DNA of 64,000 nucleotides from Phycisphaerae bacterium (GCA_050115495.1 JASFQK010000001.1:64001-128000); one strand, 5' to 3'. Counted from the stretch's first letter, positions 39,309 to 49,853 are shown. Notes: a model not told the origin generated them from the sequence alone. Translations and numbers: made by a program.

Positions 39309-40055
39309 CTACGATCCGCGGCGTCGCCAGGCGTCGTCGATCGCCGTCAGCGCCTCGCGACACCCGCCGCGGACGATCACGTCCGCGAGGTACGATTGTT
39401 CTGTCTGGTTCGGATTAACCTCGATCACCGTCGCCCCCAGCGCCTTGGCCGCGTCGGCGAGTGACGCCGCCGGCTGCACCACGCCGCTCGTGCCGATGAC
39501 CAGGAACACGTCGCAGCGCTGGGCGGCGCTGAAGGCCGTTTCGATCGCTCCCGCCGGCAGCGGCTCGCCGAACCAGACCACCGCTGGCCGCAGCCGCTTC
39601 ATGCACACCGGGCAGGACGGGTCGGGCCCGAGGTCCTCCAGCCCCTGCACCTCGTAGTCACAGAACGTGCACCGCGCCATATCCAGCCGGCCGTGCAGCT
39701 CGACGATCTTCTTCGAGCCGGCCCGCTCGTGCAGCCCGTCGATGTTCTGCGTCACCAGCGTGAAGTCGTCGATGCGCTGCTCCCACTCCGCCAGCAGCCG
39801 ATGTCCCTCGTGCGGCTCGATTTCCAGCAGCTTCTGCCGCCGCCAGCGGTACCAGGACCAGAGCTTCTCCGGATCCCGGCGGAACCCCTCCGGCGTGGCC
39901 AGCTCCTCGGCATTGAACTTCGACCACAAGCCGGTCTCATCGTCGCGGAACGTTTCGATCCCCGACTCTTTCGACATCCCGGCCCCGGTCGAGACGCAAA
40001 CGCTCCGCGCCGCGTTCAGAAGCTCCGCCGCTCGTCCGATCGCTCGCTCATCCAT
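39309..40055 (-). CDS. cobB: NAD-dependent protein deacylase (sirtuin, CobB type)
   Basis: TGAGMSKESGIETFR, YRWR, TQNIDGLH, ELHG, CxxC...CxxC, RPAVVWFGE, GTSGVV. Confidence 0.93.
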   Translation of the reverse strand: MDERAIGRAAELLNAARSVCVSTGAGMSKESGIETFRDDETGLWSKFNAEELATPEGFRRDPEKLWSWYRWRRQKLLEIEPHEGHRLLAEWEQRIDDFTLVTQNIDGLHERAGSKKIVELHGRLDMARCTFCDYEVQGLEDLGPDPSCPVCMKRLRPAVVWFGEPLPAGAIETAFSAAQRCDVFLVIGTSGVVQPAASLADAAKALGATVIEVNPNQTEQSYLADVIVRGGCREALTAIDDAWRRRGS

Positions 40056-40125
40056 GCCGCCAGTGTACGCGTCCGCCCCCGGACGGCAACACGAGCCACG
40101 CTAGGCCTGCCAGACCGCCGCCGTG

Positions 40126-40758
40126 TCAGCGCTTCGTTTCGACCAGGCTGTTCAGGTAAGTGACGAGAACATCGGCCGACGTGGAGGGGTTATCGGTCGG
40201 CGCGCGACCATTCCGCTCGTGCGATTTCCGCAACGCCTCCGCCCGCTTCACAGCCTTGTCCTGGCGGCCGGCGAGCAGGTCGAAAACGTCGGCCGACTTC
40301 GTGTAATTCGTCATGTGCTTCTTCAGCTCGCGCAATGCCTCGACGCTGGTGAGCGACGCCCGCTGTTCGGCGAAGTGCAGGAGATACCAGAGCTCGAAAC
40401 ACGGGTTGGAGAAAGCGATGCGGATCTTCTCCCGGCGCATCTCGGCGAGCACCTCCCCTATTCTCGGCCGAGCGTCGTCGTCCAAGACGCACCAGATCTG
40501 GCTGAACCGTTGACCATACCGGCCCCGCCACGCATGCCCCGCCGCGACGGAGCGTACCAAGGCAGCGCAGCTCGGCTCGTGGTCAACATTCACATTGCTC
40601 AGCCGCAGTTCGCGCTTGATGGCCCGAAAGTAGTTCGGCTCCGTCTTCCGGCCTTCGCAGACGATACGCACAAGTGGGCGCGGTTCGCGATGCGGCCTGC
40701 CCCTGCTGGGAAGACGCTGCCTTCTGCGGCCACCGGCACGTCCACCCCCATCCGTCAT
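40126..40758 (-). CDS. rloB: RloB family protein (AbiLii-like)
   Basis: IVCEGRKTEPNYF, WCVLDDD, SNPCFELWYLLHF, NPST. Confidence 0.9.
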   Translation of the reverse strand: MTDGGGRAGGRRRQRLPSRGRPHREPRPLVRIVCEGRKTEPNYFRAIKRELRLSNVNVDHEPSCAALVRSVAAGHAWRGRYGQRFSQIWCVLDDDARPRIGEVLAEMRREKIRIAFSNPCFELWYLLHFAEQRASLTSVEALRELKKHMTNYTKSADVFDLLAGRQDKAVKRAEALRKSHERNGRAPTDNPSTSADVLVTYLNSLVETKR

Positions 40759-42047
40759 TCCGCCGGTCCCTCCACCAGCGGGATCGCCCCGTAGCGACCA
40801 GCCAGATATCCCCTCATCAGGTTCTCACTCTTTCTCGGCAGCTTCTTGTAGTCCCACAGCGAGTAGAGAGTAGACGCGCCATCCCGGTCCTTCTCCGTGA
40901 ACCAGACTTGATCGCGACGAAGCAAATCGGACTGAAGCAAACTGGCGTCATGCGTCGCGAACACAAGTTGCGCGCCTTTGGGATTCGTTCGCTCGTCGTG
41001 GAACATCCGCACCAACCACGTCGTAAGCAATGGATGGAGCCGCGCCTCCAACTCGTCGATGAAAAGCACGCAACCGTGCTCCAGCACATACAGCCACGGT
41101 CCCGCCAAAGCGAACAGCTTCTGCGTACCGTCCGATTCATCCTCGAAAAGGTCGAGTGTCACGGATCCGCGCCCCGCCGCGCCGGCCCGATGCAGGGTCC
41201 GGACGCGCGCAGCGCTTGCGTCCTCGGGCAACTCGCGAAACAGCTCCTCTCGAAGCGGACCGGGGATATCGCGCCAGCTAGGGCTCTCTCGGATCGGCAT
41301 CTCGATGATCTCCAGCTCATCGATGCCGATATCTGCCTCCCGCAGAAACTGAAGGCACGATCTCAGCATCTCCTTGCTGCGCTTCGCGTTCGCAACGGTG
41401 AACTGCATTTCGCCCCCAGCCACCGGAAACCAGGACACCTCCCGAAACCTCTCATCAAACCAGTCGTGCACGGTCATTGCCACCGGATGGGCGAACTGCG
41501 CGGCAACCGAGATGAAGAGTGCGTCATCTCTGATGAGGTGCACGAGACTCCGACCGGCCCCCTGCCAGTGGGTACCAAAACGCACGTCAGGCGATGCCCC
41601 ACGGCCGCTCGCAGTGCGCTTGAAAAGCAAACGCGGTTGGCCGCGCGGGAAACTGCGCAACGATTCCTCATGGACGCGCCCGCTGTCAACAGCAAAGCCG
41701 TACTCATGCGGCACACCCTCGTGCACAAACATCACCTCAAACCGGCTGGGACGCGAGCGCGTGTGCTGGTCAAACTTGAACGGCGTCACGCCGATGCGCG
41801 ACCCCGGCCGCTTCCCGGTGCCCGACTCGAGAACGAAGTCGCGCATGAACGCCATCGCCCGCAGGAGATTGGACTTCCCCGACGCGTTCGGCCCGAAGAC
41901 CCCCACGCTGCGCAGCAGCCGGAGGTTCGTTCCCTGCGCCTTCTCAATCACGTTTCCGGGCATCGACTTGTCAGCCGACGCCACCAGACTCAACGTGACA
42001 CGGTCTCTAAATGACCGATAATTCTCAACAGAAAACTCAACCAGCAT
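40755..42047 (-). CDS. rloA: RloA-like AAA ATPase (AAA_21, AbiLi-like)
   Basis: FSVENYRSF, GPNASGKSN, ESDGTQK, IDELEARLHP, QLVFATHD, RRDQVWFTEK, YLAGRYGAIP. Confidence 0.9.
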   Translation of the reverse strand: MLVEFSVENYRSFRDRVTLSLVASADKSMPGNVIEKAQGTNLRLLRSVGVFGPNASGKSNLLRAMAFMRDFVLESGTGKRPGSRIGVTPFKFDQHTRSRPSRFEVMFVHEGVPHEYGFAVDSGRVHEESLRSFPRGQPRLLFKRTASGRGASPDVRFGTHWQGAGRSLVHLIRDDALFISVAAQFAHPVAMTVHDWFDERFREVSWFPVAGGEMQFTVANAKRSKEMLRSCLQFLREADIGIDELEIIEMPIRESPSWRDIPGPLREELFRELPEDASAARVRTLHRAGAAGRGSVTLDLFEDESDGTQKLFALAGPWLYVLEHGCVLFIDELEARLHPLLTTWLVRMFHDERTNPKGAQLVFATHDASLLQSDLLRRDQVWFTEKDRDGASTLYSLWDYKKLPRKSENLMRGYLAGRYGAIPLVEGPAE

Positions 42048-42259
42048 CCCGGCACTCCCGGTATGACCTGCCGAAATAATACACCCATGCAACAAAATTA
42101 ATGCATACTATGCACATAATCGGCAGGAATTCAGATTATTTATGTTTGTCCGCCGAATATTGCCAGGGGGCCAGATAAGCGCCACAAACAGCCAACTACC
42201 ACACCTGGGGTCCATTTCGCGCAGCCACCCCCAGTAGGAGCATACCCCCCCGCGGCCCA

Positions 42260-43399
42260 TCACCGGCGAATCGGACGATACAACGTGTCCCGCTCCACCG
42301 GCTCACAGCCTGCCTCGCGAATCAGCCGCTGAATCTGCGGCACCGTCAGCTCCTGCCGGTTCGTGCCGCGGCCCTCCCGCTTCGTGATGTCGTACTGCAC
42401 CACCGTCCCGTCGAAGTCATCCACGCCCCAGTTCAACGCCACCTGGGCCAGTTTCGGCGACAGCATCGGCCAGAACGCCTTGATGTGCGCGAAGTTGTCC
42501 AGCATCAGCCGCGCCACCGCCAGCGTGCGCAGGTCATCCAGCCCCGTCGGCCCCGGCAGATGCGCCAGCGCACTGCCCTCCGGAATGAACGACAGCGGCA
42601 CGCAGCACTGAAACGCCGCCGGCCGCTCGGCCAGCGACACATCCTGATGCGCCCGCAGCTTGAGCAGATGCCCCAGCCGCTCCTCGACCGTCTCGACGTG
42701 CCCGTACAGCATCGTCGCGTTGGTCGGAATGCCGAGGGCATGCGCCGTGTCGTGCACGTCGAACCACTGCGCTTCGCCGACCTTGTTGCGAAACGCCTCA
42801 TCGTGCACGCGATCGTCAAAGATCTCCGCCCCACCGCCGGGCATGGCGTCCAGACCCGCCGCCCGCAGTTCCGTCAGCACCTCCGCGACGCTCAGTCGTG
42901 GCCGGCTGATCCGCGTGAAGTGCACGATCTCAATCGCGGTGAACGCCTTGATCATCAGCCGCGGACACGCCCGCCGAATCTCCCGGCACATCTCCACGTA
43001 GTACTCGAACGGCAGCCGCGGATGCAGTCCGCCGACGATGTGCACCTCGGTTGCCCCTGCGGCCTCCGCCTCGGCGGCCATCTGCACGATCTGCTCGACG
43101 GTGTACTCGTACGCGCCGTCGACGACCCCGCCCCGCGCGTCATACGGCCGATAAAACGAACAGAACTTGCAGCGCAGCACGCAGAGGTTCGTGTAGTTGA
43201 TGTGCCGGTTGATGTTGTACCACGCCCGCCGGCCGTGTTGCCGCTCGCGCACCACGTTGGCCAGCTCGCCGACGGTCAGCAGGTCGCGTGTGCGCAGCAG
43301 CGTCAGGCCGTCCGCCTCGCTCAGCCGCCCACCGGCGCGGACCTTCTCCGCGATCGGCACCAGTTCCGGATCCACTGCCGTCTGAGACGCCGCCGGCAT
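42260..43399 (-). CDS. mqnE: CofH/MqnE family radical SAM protein, probably aminofutalosine synthase
   Basis: INYTNLCVLRCKFC, EVHIVGGLHP, MPGGGAEIF, TNATMLYGH, HIKAFW, DDFDGTV, VERDTLY. Confidence 0.75.
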   Translation of the reverse strand: MPAASQTAVDPELVPIAEKVRAGGRLSEADGLTLLRTRDLLTVGELANVVRERQHGRRAWYNINRHINYTNLCVLRCKFCSFYRPYDARGGVVDGAYEYTVEQIVQMAAEAEAAGATEVHIVGGLHPRLPFEYYVEMCREIRRACPRLMIKAFTAIEIVHFTRISRPRLSVAEVLTELRAAGLDAMPGGGAEIFDDRVHDEAFRNKVGEAQWFDVHDTAHALGIPTNATMLYGHVETVEERLGHLLKLRAHQDVSLAERPAAFQCCVPLSFIPEGSALAHLPGPTGLDDLRTLAVARLMLDNFAHIKAFWPMLSPKLAQVALNWGVDDFDGTVVQYDITKREGRGTNRQELTVPQIQRLIREAGCEPVERDTLYRPIRR

Positions 43400-43521
43400 T
43401 CGACCAATCTCCGTGACATGCTGGCCGCGGCCCGCGCCGAGGAACTTCCCCGGCGGCTGCCCGCGTCCGAAAGTTGCCCTAGAATTGTAGCGAGCCAGGA
43501 CGTGCCGGCGGAGACTGCCTC

Positions 43522-44088
43522 ATGAACAAGAACATCCAGCGTTACACTCCGGCCCTGCTGCTGCTGGGGGCAGCGCTGTTGATCATCCTCGCCCGCGAGT
43601 ACGTGACCGACCGGACCGGTGCCGGCGAACGTCCGCCCGGCGCGCCGCTTCCCGGGCAGGTCGTGCCGTCGTTCGACGTCCGCTCCCTGGCGGACAACCG
43701 CATCAAGTTCCCCGACGCGTACCACGGCAAGATCGTCCTGCTCGATTTCTGGGCCACCTGGTGCCCGCCCTGCGTGGCCGAGGTCCCCCATCTCGTCGAG
43801 GCCTACGAGAAGTACCACGACGCCGGCCTCGAGATCATCGGCGTCTCGCTGGACAAGGGCCGCACTTCCGCCGGCACCGTACGGTCGTTCATCCAGGACC
43901 GCCACATGCCCTGGGAGCAGATCTACGACGAAGCCGAGGGGATCGCCGGCGACTATCGCGTCGTGGGCATCCCCACGATGTTCCTCATCGACGGCGACAC
44001 CGGCCGCCTCCTCGCCGACGGCAACGACCTGTACGGCTCCGCCCTCCCTGCCACAATCGCCAAACACCTGCCCAACCGCAACCCGTAG
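43522..44088 (+). CDS. TlpA-family thiol-disulfide reductase
   Basis: N-terminal anchor, LLDFWATWCPPC, IIGVSLD, GIPTMFLID. Confidence 0.9.
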   Translation: MNKNIQRYTPALLLLGAALLIILAREYVTDRTGAGERPPGAPLPGQVVPSFDVRSLADNRIKFPDAYHGKIVLLDFWATWCPPCVAEVPHLVEAYEKYHDAGLEIIGVSLDKGRTSAGTVRSFIQDRHMPWEQIYDEAEGIAGDYRVVGIPTMFLIDGDTGRLLADGNDLYGSALPATIAKHLPNRNP

Positions 44089-44253
44089 CGTCGGCCCCCC
44101 GTGGCCGACGTCGATTGCCAACGGGACGCACGACCCGCAACGTAGCGGCCGACCTCCGTATCGAACGTCGCTGGCCAACACGCACTCGATCTCGCGAATT
44201 CTGCCCCCGACTCCCTTCTTCCCACTCGCTGCCGCTCGGGGCTCGGACGGACA
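44085..44253. repeat. REP-like cluster between convergent genes
   Basis: GTAGCGTCGGCCCCCCGTGGCCGACG (copy at 63541), GTAGCGGCCGACCTCCGTATCG (copy at 34867, reverse), CCACTCGCTGCCGCTCGGGGCTCG (copy at 63495). Confidence 0.7.
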
Positions 44254-44276
44254 CAACGACGCCGCGCACGCGCCTG

Positions 44277-45842
44277 TCACGCCGCTTCCGCGCGTCCCCG
44301 CCGGGCCGCCACGAACAGCGCCCGCCGCGCCCGCCAGCCCAGCCACGTCGCCCCCAGCGCAATGACGCCCTGCCCGATCAGCCCCGGCCATGGCTTCCCG
44401 TCCTCCGCCATGCACAGCACGAGCGTGCCGATCGGCGAGTAGCCGGCGAACCACAGATCCACGAACTTGCACTCCTCCCCCGAGTGCTCGATCGAAAACG
44501 CCAGCACCAAATCGAGCACCAGCGGCAGCACCTTGAACACCAGCAGCGACAACAGCAGCCAGCGGAACAGCTTCATCCCGCGGGCCACCGCGAAATACAC
44601 CACGTTGTAGTCCACCCAGAACGAGGCCAGCAGCGCCAGCAACATGGCCAGCCGCAGATCCCACCGCCCGAAGGCCAACTCGAGGACCGGCCTCCCGCGC
44701 GACGTCACGTCTCGCAGCACGAGCGCCGGATCCATGCGCTCGTACATCGCCGCCAGCGTGAGCACGACGAGCAGGGCCAGCACCACGGGTATGAGCCTCT
44801 GCGTGCCGTCCAGCAGGCCGCCGGCCGGTTCCCCGAACGCCGCCCCCCGGTCGCGGCGGAACTGCTCCGCGGCCGCCCCGACCAGCGGGAACAGGGCCAC
44901 GATCAGACAGATCGACGTGGACATCACGAGCTGCACAGCGGCGAGGTTATCCAGGTCATAGTTCACGATCAGCCAGTGCCGCGCCGACAGCGCGTTCATC
45001 CCGGCCACCGCCGTCGCCGACCACAGCGCCGCCAGCAGCAGTCCCAGACCCACGCCGAACATCGGCCGCTCCGGCGCCCGCACCTTGCGACAGGCCGCCC
45101 AGGCGAACACCAGCCCAAAGGCCACCTGTCCCGCGATCGTCATGGCTATTTCCGCCGCGTTACCCGGCATGGCCGTCGGCACGCCCCCGCCGAACAGCGC
45201 GCGAACGAGCGTCCCGCCGCCGATCACGCCCGAGATCAGGGCCAGCCCTGGCACAAACGCCACGGCGAAGTAGCCGCCGAAGATCCCCACGATGATGGCC
45301 ACGCCGACGATGTTCGTCTTCCCCGCCGAGCCCAGCGCCAGCAGCAGCGCCAGGCTGCCGACCATGAACGCCGTGCAGATCAAACAGGCCTGGAGGCTGT
45401 ACCAGCCGATGAACAGCATCGACCCGAGGCGCGGCATGTTCATGCCGCTCGCCACCCGGGCCACGAAGAACGCCCCCAGCAGCAGACCCATGCCGAACAG
45501 CCAGAACGACTGCACCGGCGGCCCGGTCAGGTAGCCCGCGACGATCTTGACGCCGCTCATCGGCGACAGCCGGTGCGACTCGATCATGCCGGTTTGATAG
45601 TCGCGCAGCACCGCCTTGCGAATACCGCTGGGCGCGATCAACAGCAGGAAGAGACCCTGAAGCAACGTCACGAAACCGAGACACGCGGAGCTGATCCCCC
45701 CCGCATCGCTCGCCGATCCCAACTGGTACAGCATCGCCGATCCCAACAGCACCAGCACGCCGTAAGCGATGGCGATCGCCACGTTGTTGCGCCACGCGCC
45801 CGTCAGGCGGAAATGCACCCAGAACAGAGGGTTCGCACTCAT
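44277..45842 (-). CDS. Polytopic membrane protein, probable ABC exporter permease
   Basis: About 12 TMs, NPLFW start; directly after the ABC ATPase. Confidence 0.7.
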   Translation of the reverse strand: MSANPLFWVHFRLTGAWRNNVAIAIAYGVLVLLGSAMLYQLGSASDAGGISSACLGFVTLLQGLFLLLIAPSGIRKAVLRDYQTGMIESHRLSPMSGVKIVAGYLTGPPVQSFWLFGMGLLLGAFFVARVASGMNMPRLGSMLFIGWYSLQACLICTAFMVGSLALLLALGSAGKTNIVGVAIIVGIFGGYFAVAFVPGLALISGVIGGGTLVRALFGGGVPTAMPGNAAEIAMTIAGQVAFGLVFAWAACRKVRAPERPMFGVGLGLLLAALWSATAVAGMNALSARHWLIVNYDLDNLAAVQLVMSTSICLIVALFPLVGAAAEQFRRDRGAAFGEPAGGLLDGTQRLIPVVLALLVVLTLAAMYERMDPALVLRDVTSRGRPVLELAFGRWDLRLAMLLALLASFWVDYNVVYFAVARGMKLFRWLLLSLLVFKVLPLVLDLVLAFSIEHSGEECKFVDLWFAGYSPIGTLVLCMAEDGKPWPGLIGQGVIALGATWLGWRARRALFVAARRGRAEAA

Positions 45843-45845
45843 CGC

Positions 45846-46787
45846 TCAATCCACCTGTTTGATGCCGCTGCGCAGATAAGCCTGCTCGAGGTCGGGCCGC
45901 TCCGGACCGAACTCCGCCACCGGCAGCCCCGCCGTCAGCAGCGCCGCCAGCAGCCGCGCCGCCGCCGCCCGGCCCTCGTCATATTCCAGCGTCACGAGGT
46001 CCCCGTCGGCCTCGATCTCGGTGATCCCGGCCACGTCGGCCAGCCGCGTGGCCACGTCGCCCACCCGCTGGACCAGCATGATGCGGTACCGGCTCCGCTG
46101 CCGGTTCGATCCGCCGGCCACTTCGGCGACGGTTCCGAACGAGCGCAGCCGCCCGTGCTCCATCATGGCAATATGCGTGCAAACCTCGCTCAGATCCGCC
46201 AGGATGTGCGAGGAGACGATCAGCGCCTTGCCCTGGTCCCGTAGCGACGCCAGCAGCCGCCGAAACTGCACCCGCCCCGCCGGATCCAGCCCCGCCGCCG
46301 GCTCGTCCATCAGCACCACGTGCGGATCGGGCAGCAGCGTGCGCGCTACGGCCAGCCGCTGCTTCATCCCGCGTGACAGGCTCCCCACCCGCTCCCGCCG
46401 CTTTTCGCTCAGCCAGAGCTGCTCCAGCCAGTGATCGATCCGCTCGCTCGTCAGCCCCCGCGGCAACCCGTAACAGCGGGCGATGAACTCTAGGTACTCA
46501 TCCACCTTCAGGGCATCGTACAACGCCGGCGTGTCCGGCGCCAGCGCCAGATGCTGACCCACCTCGGTGGCGTGCTCGAAAACATCGTGCCCCAGGACGG
46601 TCACGTGCCCGGTACTGATCGGTTGCAGACCCGTCGCCGCCCGCAGCGTCGTCGTCTTGCCCGCTCCGTTCGGCCCGATCAGCCCGAGCAACTCCCCGCC
46701 CCGCAGGTCGAAGCTCAGATCGTCCACCGCCAGAAATCGGCCGTACTGCACGCGCACATGGCGCAGGCTCAGCAGCGGCTCACTCAT
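45846..46787 (-). CDS. ABC transporter ATP-binding protein
   Basis: GPNGAGKTT, LSRGMKQR, MDEPAAGLDP, SSHIL. Confidence 0.93.
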   Translation of the reverse strand: MSEPLLSLRHVRVQYGRFLAVDDLSFDLRGGELLGLIGPNGAGKTTTLRAATGLQPISTGHVTVLGHDVFEHATEVGQHLALAPDTPALYDALKVDEYLEFIARCYGLPRGLTSERIDHWLEQLWLSEKRRERVGSLSRGMKQRLAVARTLLPDPHVVLMDEPAAGLDPAGRVQFRRLLASLRDQGKALIVSSHILADLSEVCTHIAMMEHGRLRSFGTVAEVAGGSNRQRSRYRIMLVQRVGDVATRLADVAGITEIEADGDLVTLEYDEGRAAAARLLAALLTAGLPVAEFGPERPDLEQAYLRSGIKQVD

Positions 46788-46900
46788 CGCTGCGCCCTCC
46801 AGCGGGTCGCCCCCTGGACGCCCGGGCCGTATCATGACCGTGGCCCGCCGGCGACTCAAGCACCGAGTCCCGCGGCGCCCGGACAACGTCAGGATTGCTT

Positions 46901-47146
46901 ATGCTCATCTGGCCCCCACAACCCGACGCCTTCCGGGGCTACTGGCTCACGCCCGGCGTCTTCGGCCTGGTCCTCATCTTGGCCGGCATCCTCATCTACC
47001 TGGACCCCGACCTGCTGGCCTACTTCTTCGCCGCCATCTTCATTCTCGTCGGCATGGGCCTGATCGGCGTAGCCTGGAAGATGCGCCAGCGCGTCACCTT
47101 CCGGCGACTGGACGACCCGCCACCCGACGATCGTTTTGACGCGTAG
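46901..47146 (+). CDS. Small two-TM membrane protein
   Basis: FGLVLILAGILIYLDPDLLAYFFAAIFILVGMGLIG. Confidence 0.7.
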   Translation: MLIWPPQPDAFRGYWLTPGVFGLVLILAGILIYLDPDLLAYFFAAIFILVGMGLIGVAWKMRQRVTFRRLDDPPPDDRFDA

Positions 47147-47156
47147 CCGCCGCCCG

Positions 47157-47381
47157 CTACGCGAAGATGCGGGCAACCGAATCGGCGATCACGGGAGCCG
47201 CCGACGCCGACTGCTCGCCGACCAGCCCGATAATCGCCTGCATTAGCGCGGTGAGGAACCCACTCGACACATTAATGATGCCGTCTTCCACGGCCGCCCG
47301 CGTCTCCGTATCGCAGCCGTTCAGGAAAAACGCACCGCCCATCGCGAGCATCGCCAGCCGATACCAATACACCCTACGCAT
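47157..47381 (-). CDS. Small hypothetical lipoprotein (74 aa)
   Basis: MRRVYWYRLAMLAMGGAFFLNGC lipobox; AGGAG RBS. Confidence 0.65.
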   Translation of the reverse strand: MRRVYWYRLAMLAMGGAFFLNGCDTETRAAVEDGIINVSSGFLTALMQAIIGLVGEQSASAAPVIADSVARIFA

Positions 47382-47587
47382 AGTCTGCTCCTGCCGGCGA
47401 CCGGCGACCGCCACACAACCCGCGCGTAGCGCCCGGGCTCCGCACCGGACGTCTACCGCTAGCGATCGGCGACCACCTCGTCGTCCATAGTACGCCCACG
47501 CCAGCCGCCCGGCCAGCACGGGCGCAGACCAAGACCCTCCTTGTGATACACCCCCACCCAAGACTCGGATGCACCTCTCCCCGCCCC

Positions 47588-48640
47588 TCAGCTCCGCCGC
47601 CGGGCGTCCTTCCGCCCCTCCTCCTGCCCGGCCCCGTGCGGGTGACAGCGGGCGTGAATTTCCTTCAACCGCCGCGTCTGCACGTGCGTGTAGATCTCCG
47701 TCGTCCCGACGCTGACGTGCCCGAGCAGCTCCTGCACCACGCGCAGATCGGCCCCGCCTTCGAGCAGGTGTGTCGCAAAACTGTGCCGCAGTGTGTGCGG
47801 GCTCACCTTCCCCGGGATCCCCCGCTTCACCGCTTCCCGCCGCACCAGCCGCCACACCGCCGTCCGCTCCAACGCCCCGCCGGTGCGCGTCAAAAACAGC
47901 GGCAGGCCGGCGACCGCCTTCGCCGTCAGCGGCCACGCCCAGCGCCCGCGCTCCTGCCCCCGCCGCAACAGCACCGGCCGCAAATGCTCCAGGTACGCCT
48001 CCAGCGCATCCCGCGCCGCCCGCCCCACCGGCACCACCCGCTCTTTCCGCCCCTTCCCCATGCACCGCACATACCCCCCCTCAAGCTGCACATCCCCCTC
48101 CGCCAGCCCGCACAACTCACTCACGCGCAAACCCGACGAATAGAACAGCTCCAGAATCGCCCGGTCCCGCAGCCCCAATTCCTCCTCCTCGTTCGGCAAC
48201 GTCACCAGCTCCACCGTCCGCTCCAGGCTCAGCGTCGGCGGCAACGGCTTGCCCCGCTTCGGCGACTCCAGCAAGCTCGCCTTGTCCTCGGCGATCTGCT
48301 TCGTCTCATGCAGCCAGCGCAGCCACATCCGCATGGCCACCACGTGCCGGGCGATCGTCGTCTCGCGATACCGCTCGTCCGTCAGCTCGACCAAGTACGC
48401 CTGAAAGATCTGCCATGTCAGCGTGTTCCAGTCGTCGATCCCCCGCCGCCGGAGAAAGTCCCCCAGCCGGCGCAGATCGCGCCGATACGCCGCCATCGTG
48501 TTCGCCGACAACCCCAGCTCGACGTTCTGATACGTGCGAAACGCCGTCAGCGAACGCTCAAACGCGGGCGTACACGTGTAGACGCCCCCCTCCGCTTGTC
48601 CGTCCGGCCTCCTGCCTGGACCCTTCGCGAGTCGTGTCAC
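47588..48640 (-). CDS. xerD: Tyrosine recombinase XerD-like (start uncertain)
   Basis: GLSANTMAAYRRDL, RDRAILELFYSSGLRVSEL, GKGRKERVVP, PHTLRHSFATHLLEGGADLRVVQELLGH, TTEIYTHV. Confidence 0.88.
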   Translation of the reverse strand: MTRLAKGPGRRPDGQAEGGVYTCTPAFERSLTAFRTYQNVELGLSANTMAAYRRDLRRLGDFLRRRGIDDWNTLTWQIFQAYLVELTDERYRETTIARHVVAMRMWLRWLHETKQIAEDKASLLESPKRGKPLPPTLSLERTVELVTLPNEEEELGLRDRAILELFYSSGLRVSELCGLAEGDVQLEGGYVRCMGKGRKERVVPVGRAARDALEAYLEHLRPVLLRRGQERGRWAWPLTAKAVAGLPLFLTRTGGALERTAVWRLVRREAVKRGIPGKVSPHTLRHSFATHLLEGGADLRVVQELLGHVSVGTTEIYTHVQTRRLKEIHARCHPHGAGQEEGRKDARRRS

Positions 48641-48743
48641 GCCGGTTCCTCGCCTCCATGCGAAACCACGGCGCGGGCGTCCGGTCACGCCTCGGCCACC
48701 GGACACCTTACCCGACCCGCTGGCTTTCGGAAACGGCGGTTCG

Positions 48744-49853
48744 TCAGGGAATCACGGTCCCCGGATCCGCGTGCGTCATCCCGATGTCGTCGTTCACCAC
48801 CGACCCCGTCGGGTACCACAGGCTGATCTCGCGCGACGCCTGGTCGGTCAACGAAGCGACGTGCCCATCAAAGAACACCGCGTTGATCGCGCCGCTATTC
48901 GTCTGGGCGCTGCCATCAGGCCTCGGCGCCGCCATAGGCGGCCCCGCCTCCGGCCAGTGGCGGTACGACAACAACAGGTTGCCACCCTCTGCCGGGCTGC
49001 CGTACGGCACGACCTCATCGTCCCACGTCAGCGAACCCGTGCGCACGCCATAGGCGCTGCTCCCCGACCACCAGCCGCCACTGCCAGAAAGCGCGCCGAA
49101 GATCGAGGGGTCGGGATCGACATCAATGCTTACGTACCCGTCGCCGACGTAGCGCGTGCCGTCAGCCAGAAACACCTTGCTCGCCGGGGGGCCGACCTCT
49201 GTGAGGCGCGAGACGAAGTCTTCGTTTGCAACCTCCCACGAACTCGGCAACGCGCGGGCGCGAACCGGCAACTGCGGGAACCCTTCCATCTGCGACAGCA
49301 CGTCGCCCGCGTGCGCCTGACCCCAGTACGAGAAGTACGCCGGCATCAGGTAGCTGCACGCCGGCCACGTGAACGCTTCGAAATCGTCCCCATCTGGCGA
49401 GCCGACGCCGTACACCTGGGACGTCGCCCGCTGCTGCGGGCACCGGAACCTCGTCCAGAGCTCGTGCCAGCGCTCGGCCCGGTTGTCCGGCAGTGTATCC
49501 ACACCGATGTACCCGGCGACCGGCCTCATCCAGTCGAAGCTCTGCACAGGCAGACTGCTGTCGTGCAACACCGACGGGTCAGAGCCCCACAACATTCGCT
49601 TGGCCCGCACCGCGACGCCGGACGTGTTGACGCCTGGGAAGTAATCCTCGTGATCAACCGTGTACGCGAGCATCCCAAGACTGAGATTGTGCAGCGTATC
49701 CGCGCACGTCGTACCCCGGGCGCGCACGCGGGCCTGCTGCACCGCCGGCGCTGCCACCAGCCCCAGAACCACGATCGCCGACGACGCTGCCAGCAACTCA
49801 ACCAACGTAAGCCCCCGCCGCCCACTCACCGCCGAACCAGCATACCTGAACAT
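48744..49853 (-). CDS. Prepilin-type N-terminal / DUF1559-like protein (paralog 1)
   Basis: GLTLVELL, PAVQQARVRAR..C, C-terminal YRH...NAVFFDGHV. Confidence 0.8.
   Translation of the reverse strand: MFRYAGSAVSGRRGLTLVELLAASSAIVVLGLVAAPAVQQARVRARGTTCADTLHNLSLGMLAYTVDHEDYFPGVNTSGVAVRAKRMLWGSDPSVLHDSSLPVQSFDWMRPVAGYIGVDTLPDNRAERWHELWTRFRCPQQRATSQVYGVGSPDGDDFEAFTWPACSYLMPAYFSYWGQAHAGDVLSQMEGFPQLPVRARALPSSWEVANEDFVSRLTEVGPPASKVFLADGTRYVGDGYVSIDVDPDPSIFGALSGSGGWWSGSSAYGVRTGSLTWDDEVVPYGSPAEGGNLLLSYRHWPEAGPPMAAPRPDGSAQTNSGAINAVFFDGHVASLTDQASREISLWYPTGSVVNDDIGMTHADPGTVIP

Noticed and set aside
39309..40055. Sirtuin as a defence effector together with rloAB
   Set aside because: It is a canonical zinc-binding CobB with the YxxR deacylase pocket, not a SIR2 NADase effector type.
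47588..48640. Tyrosine recombinase as an island or integron integrase
   Set aside because: It has housekeeping XerD motifs, with no adjacent tRNA, att repeats or cassette array.
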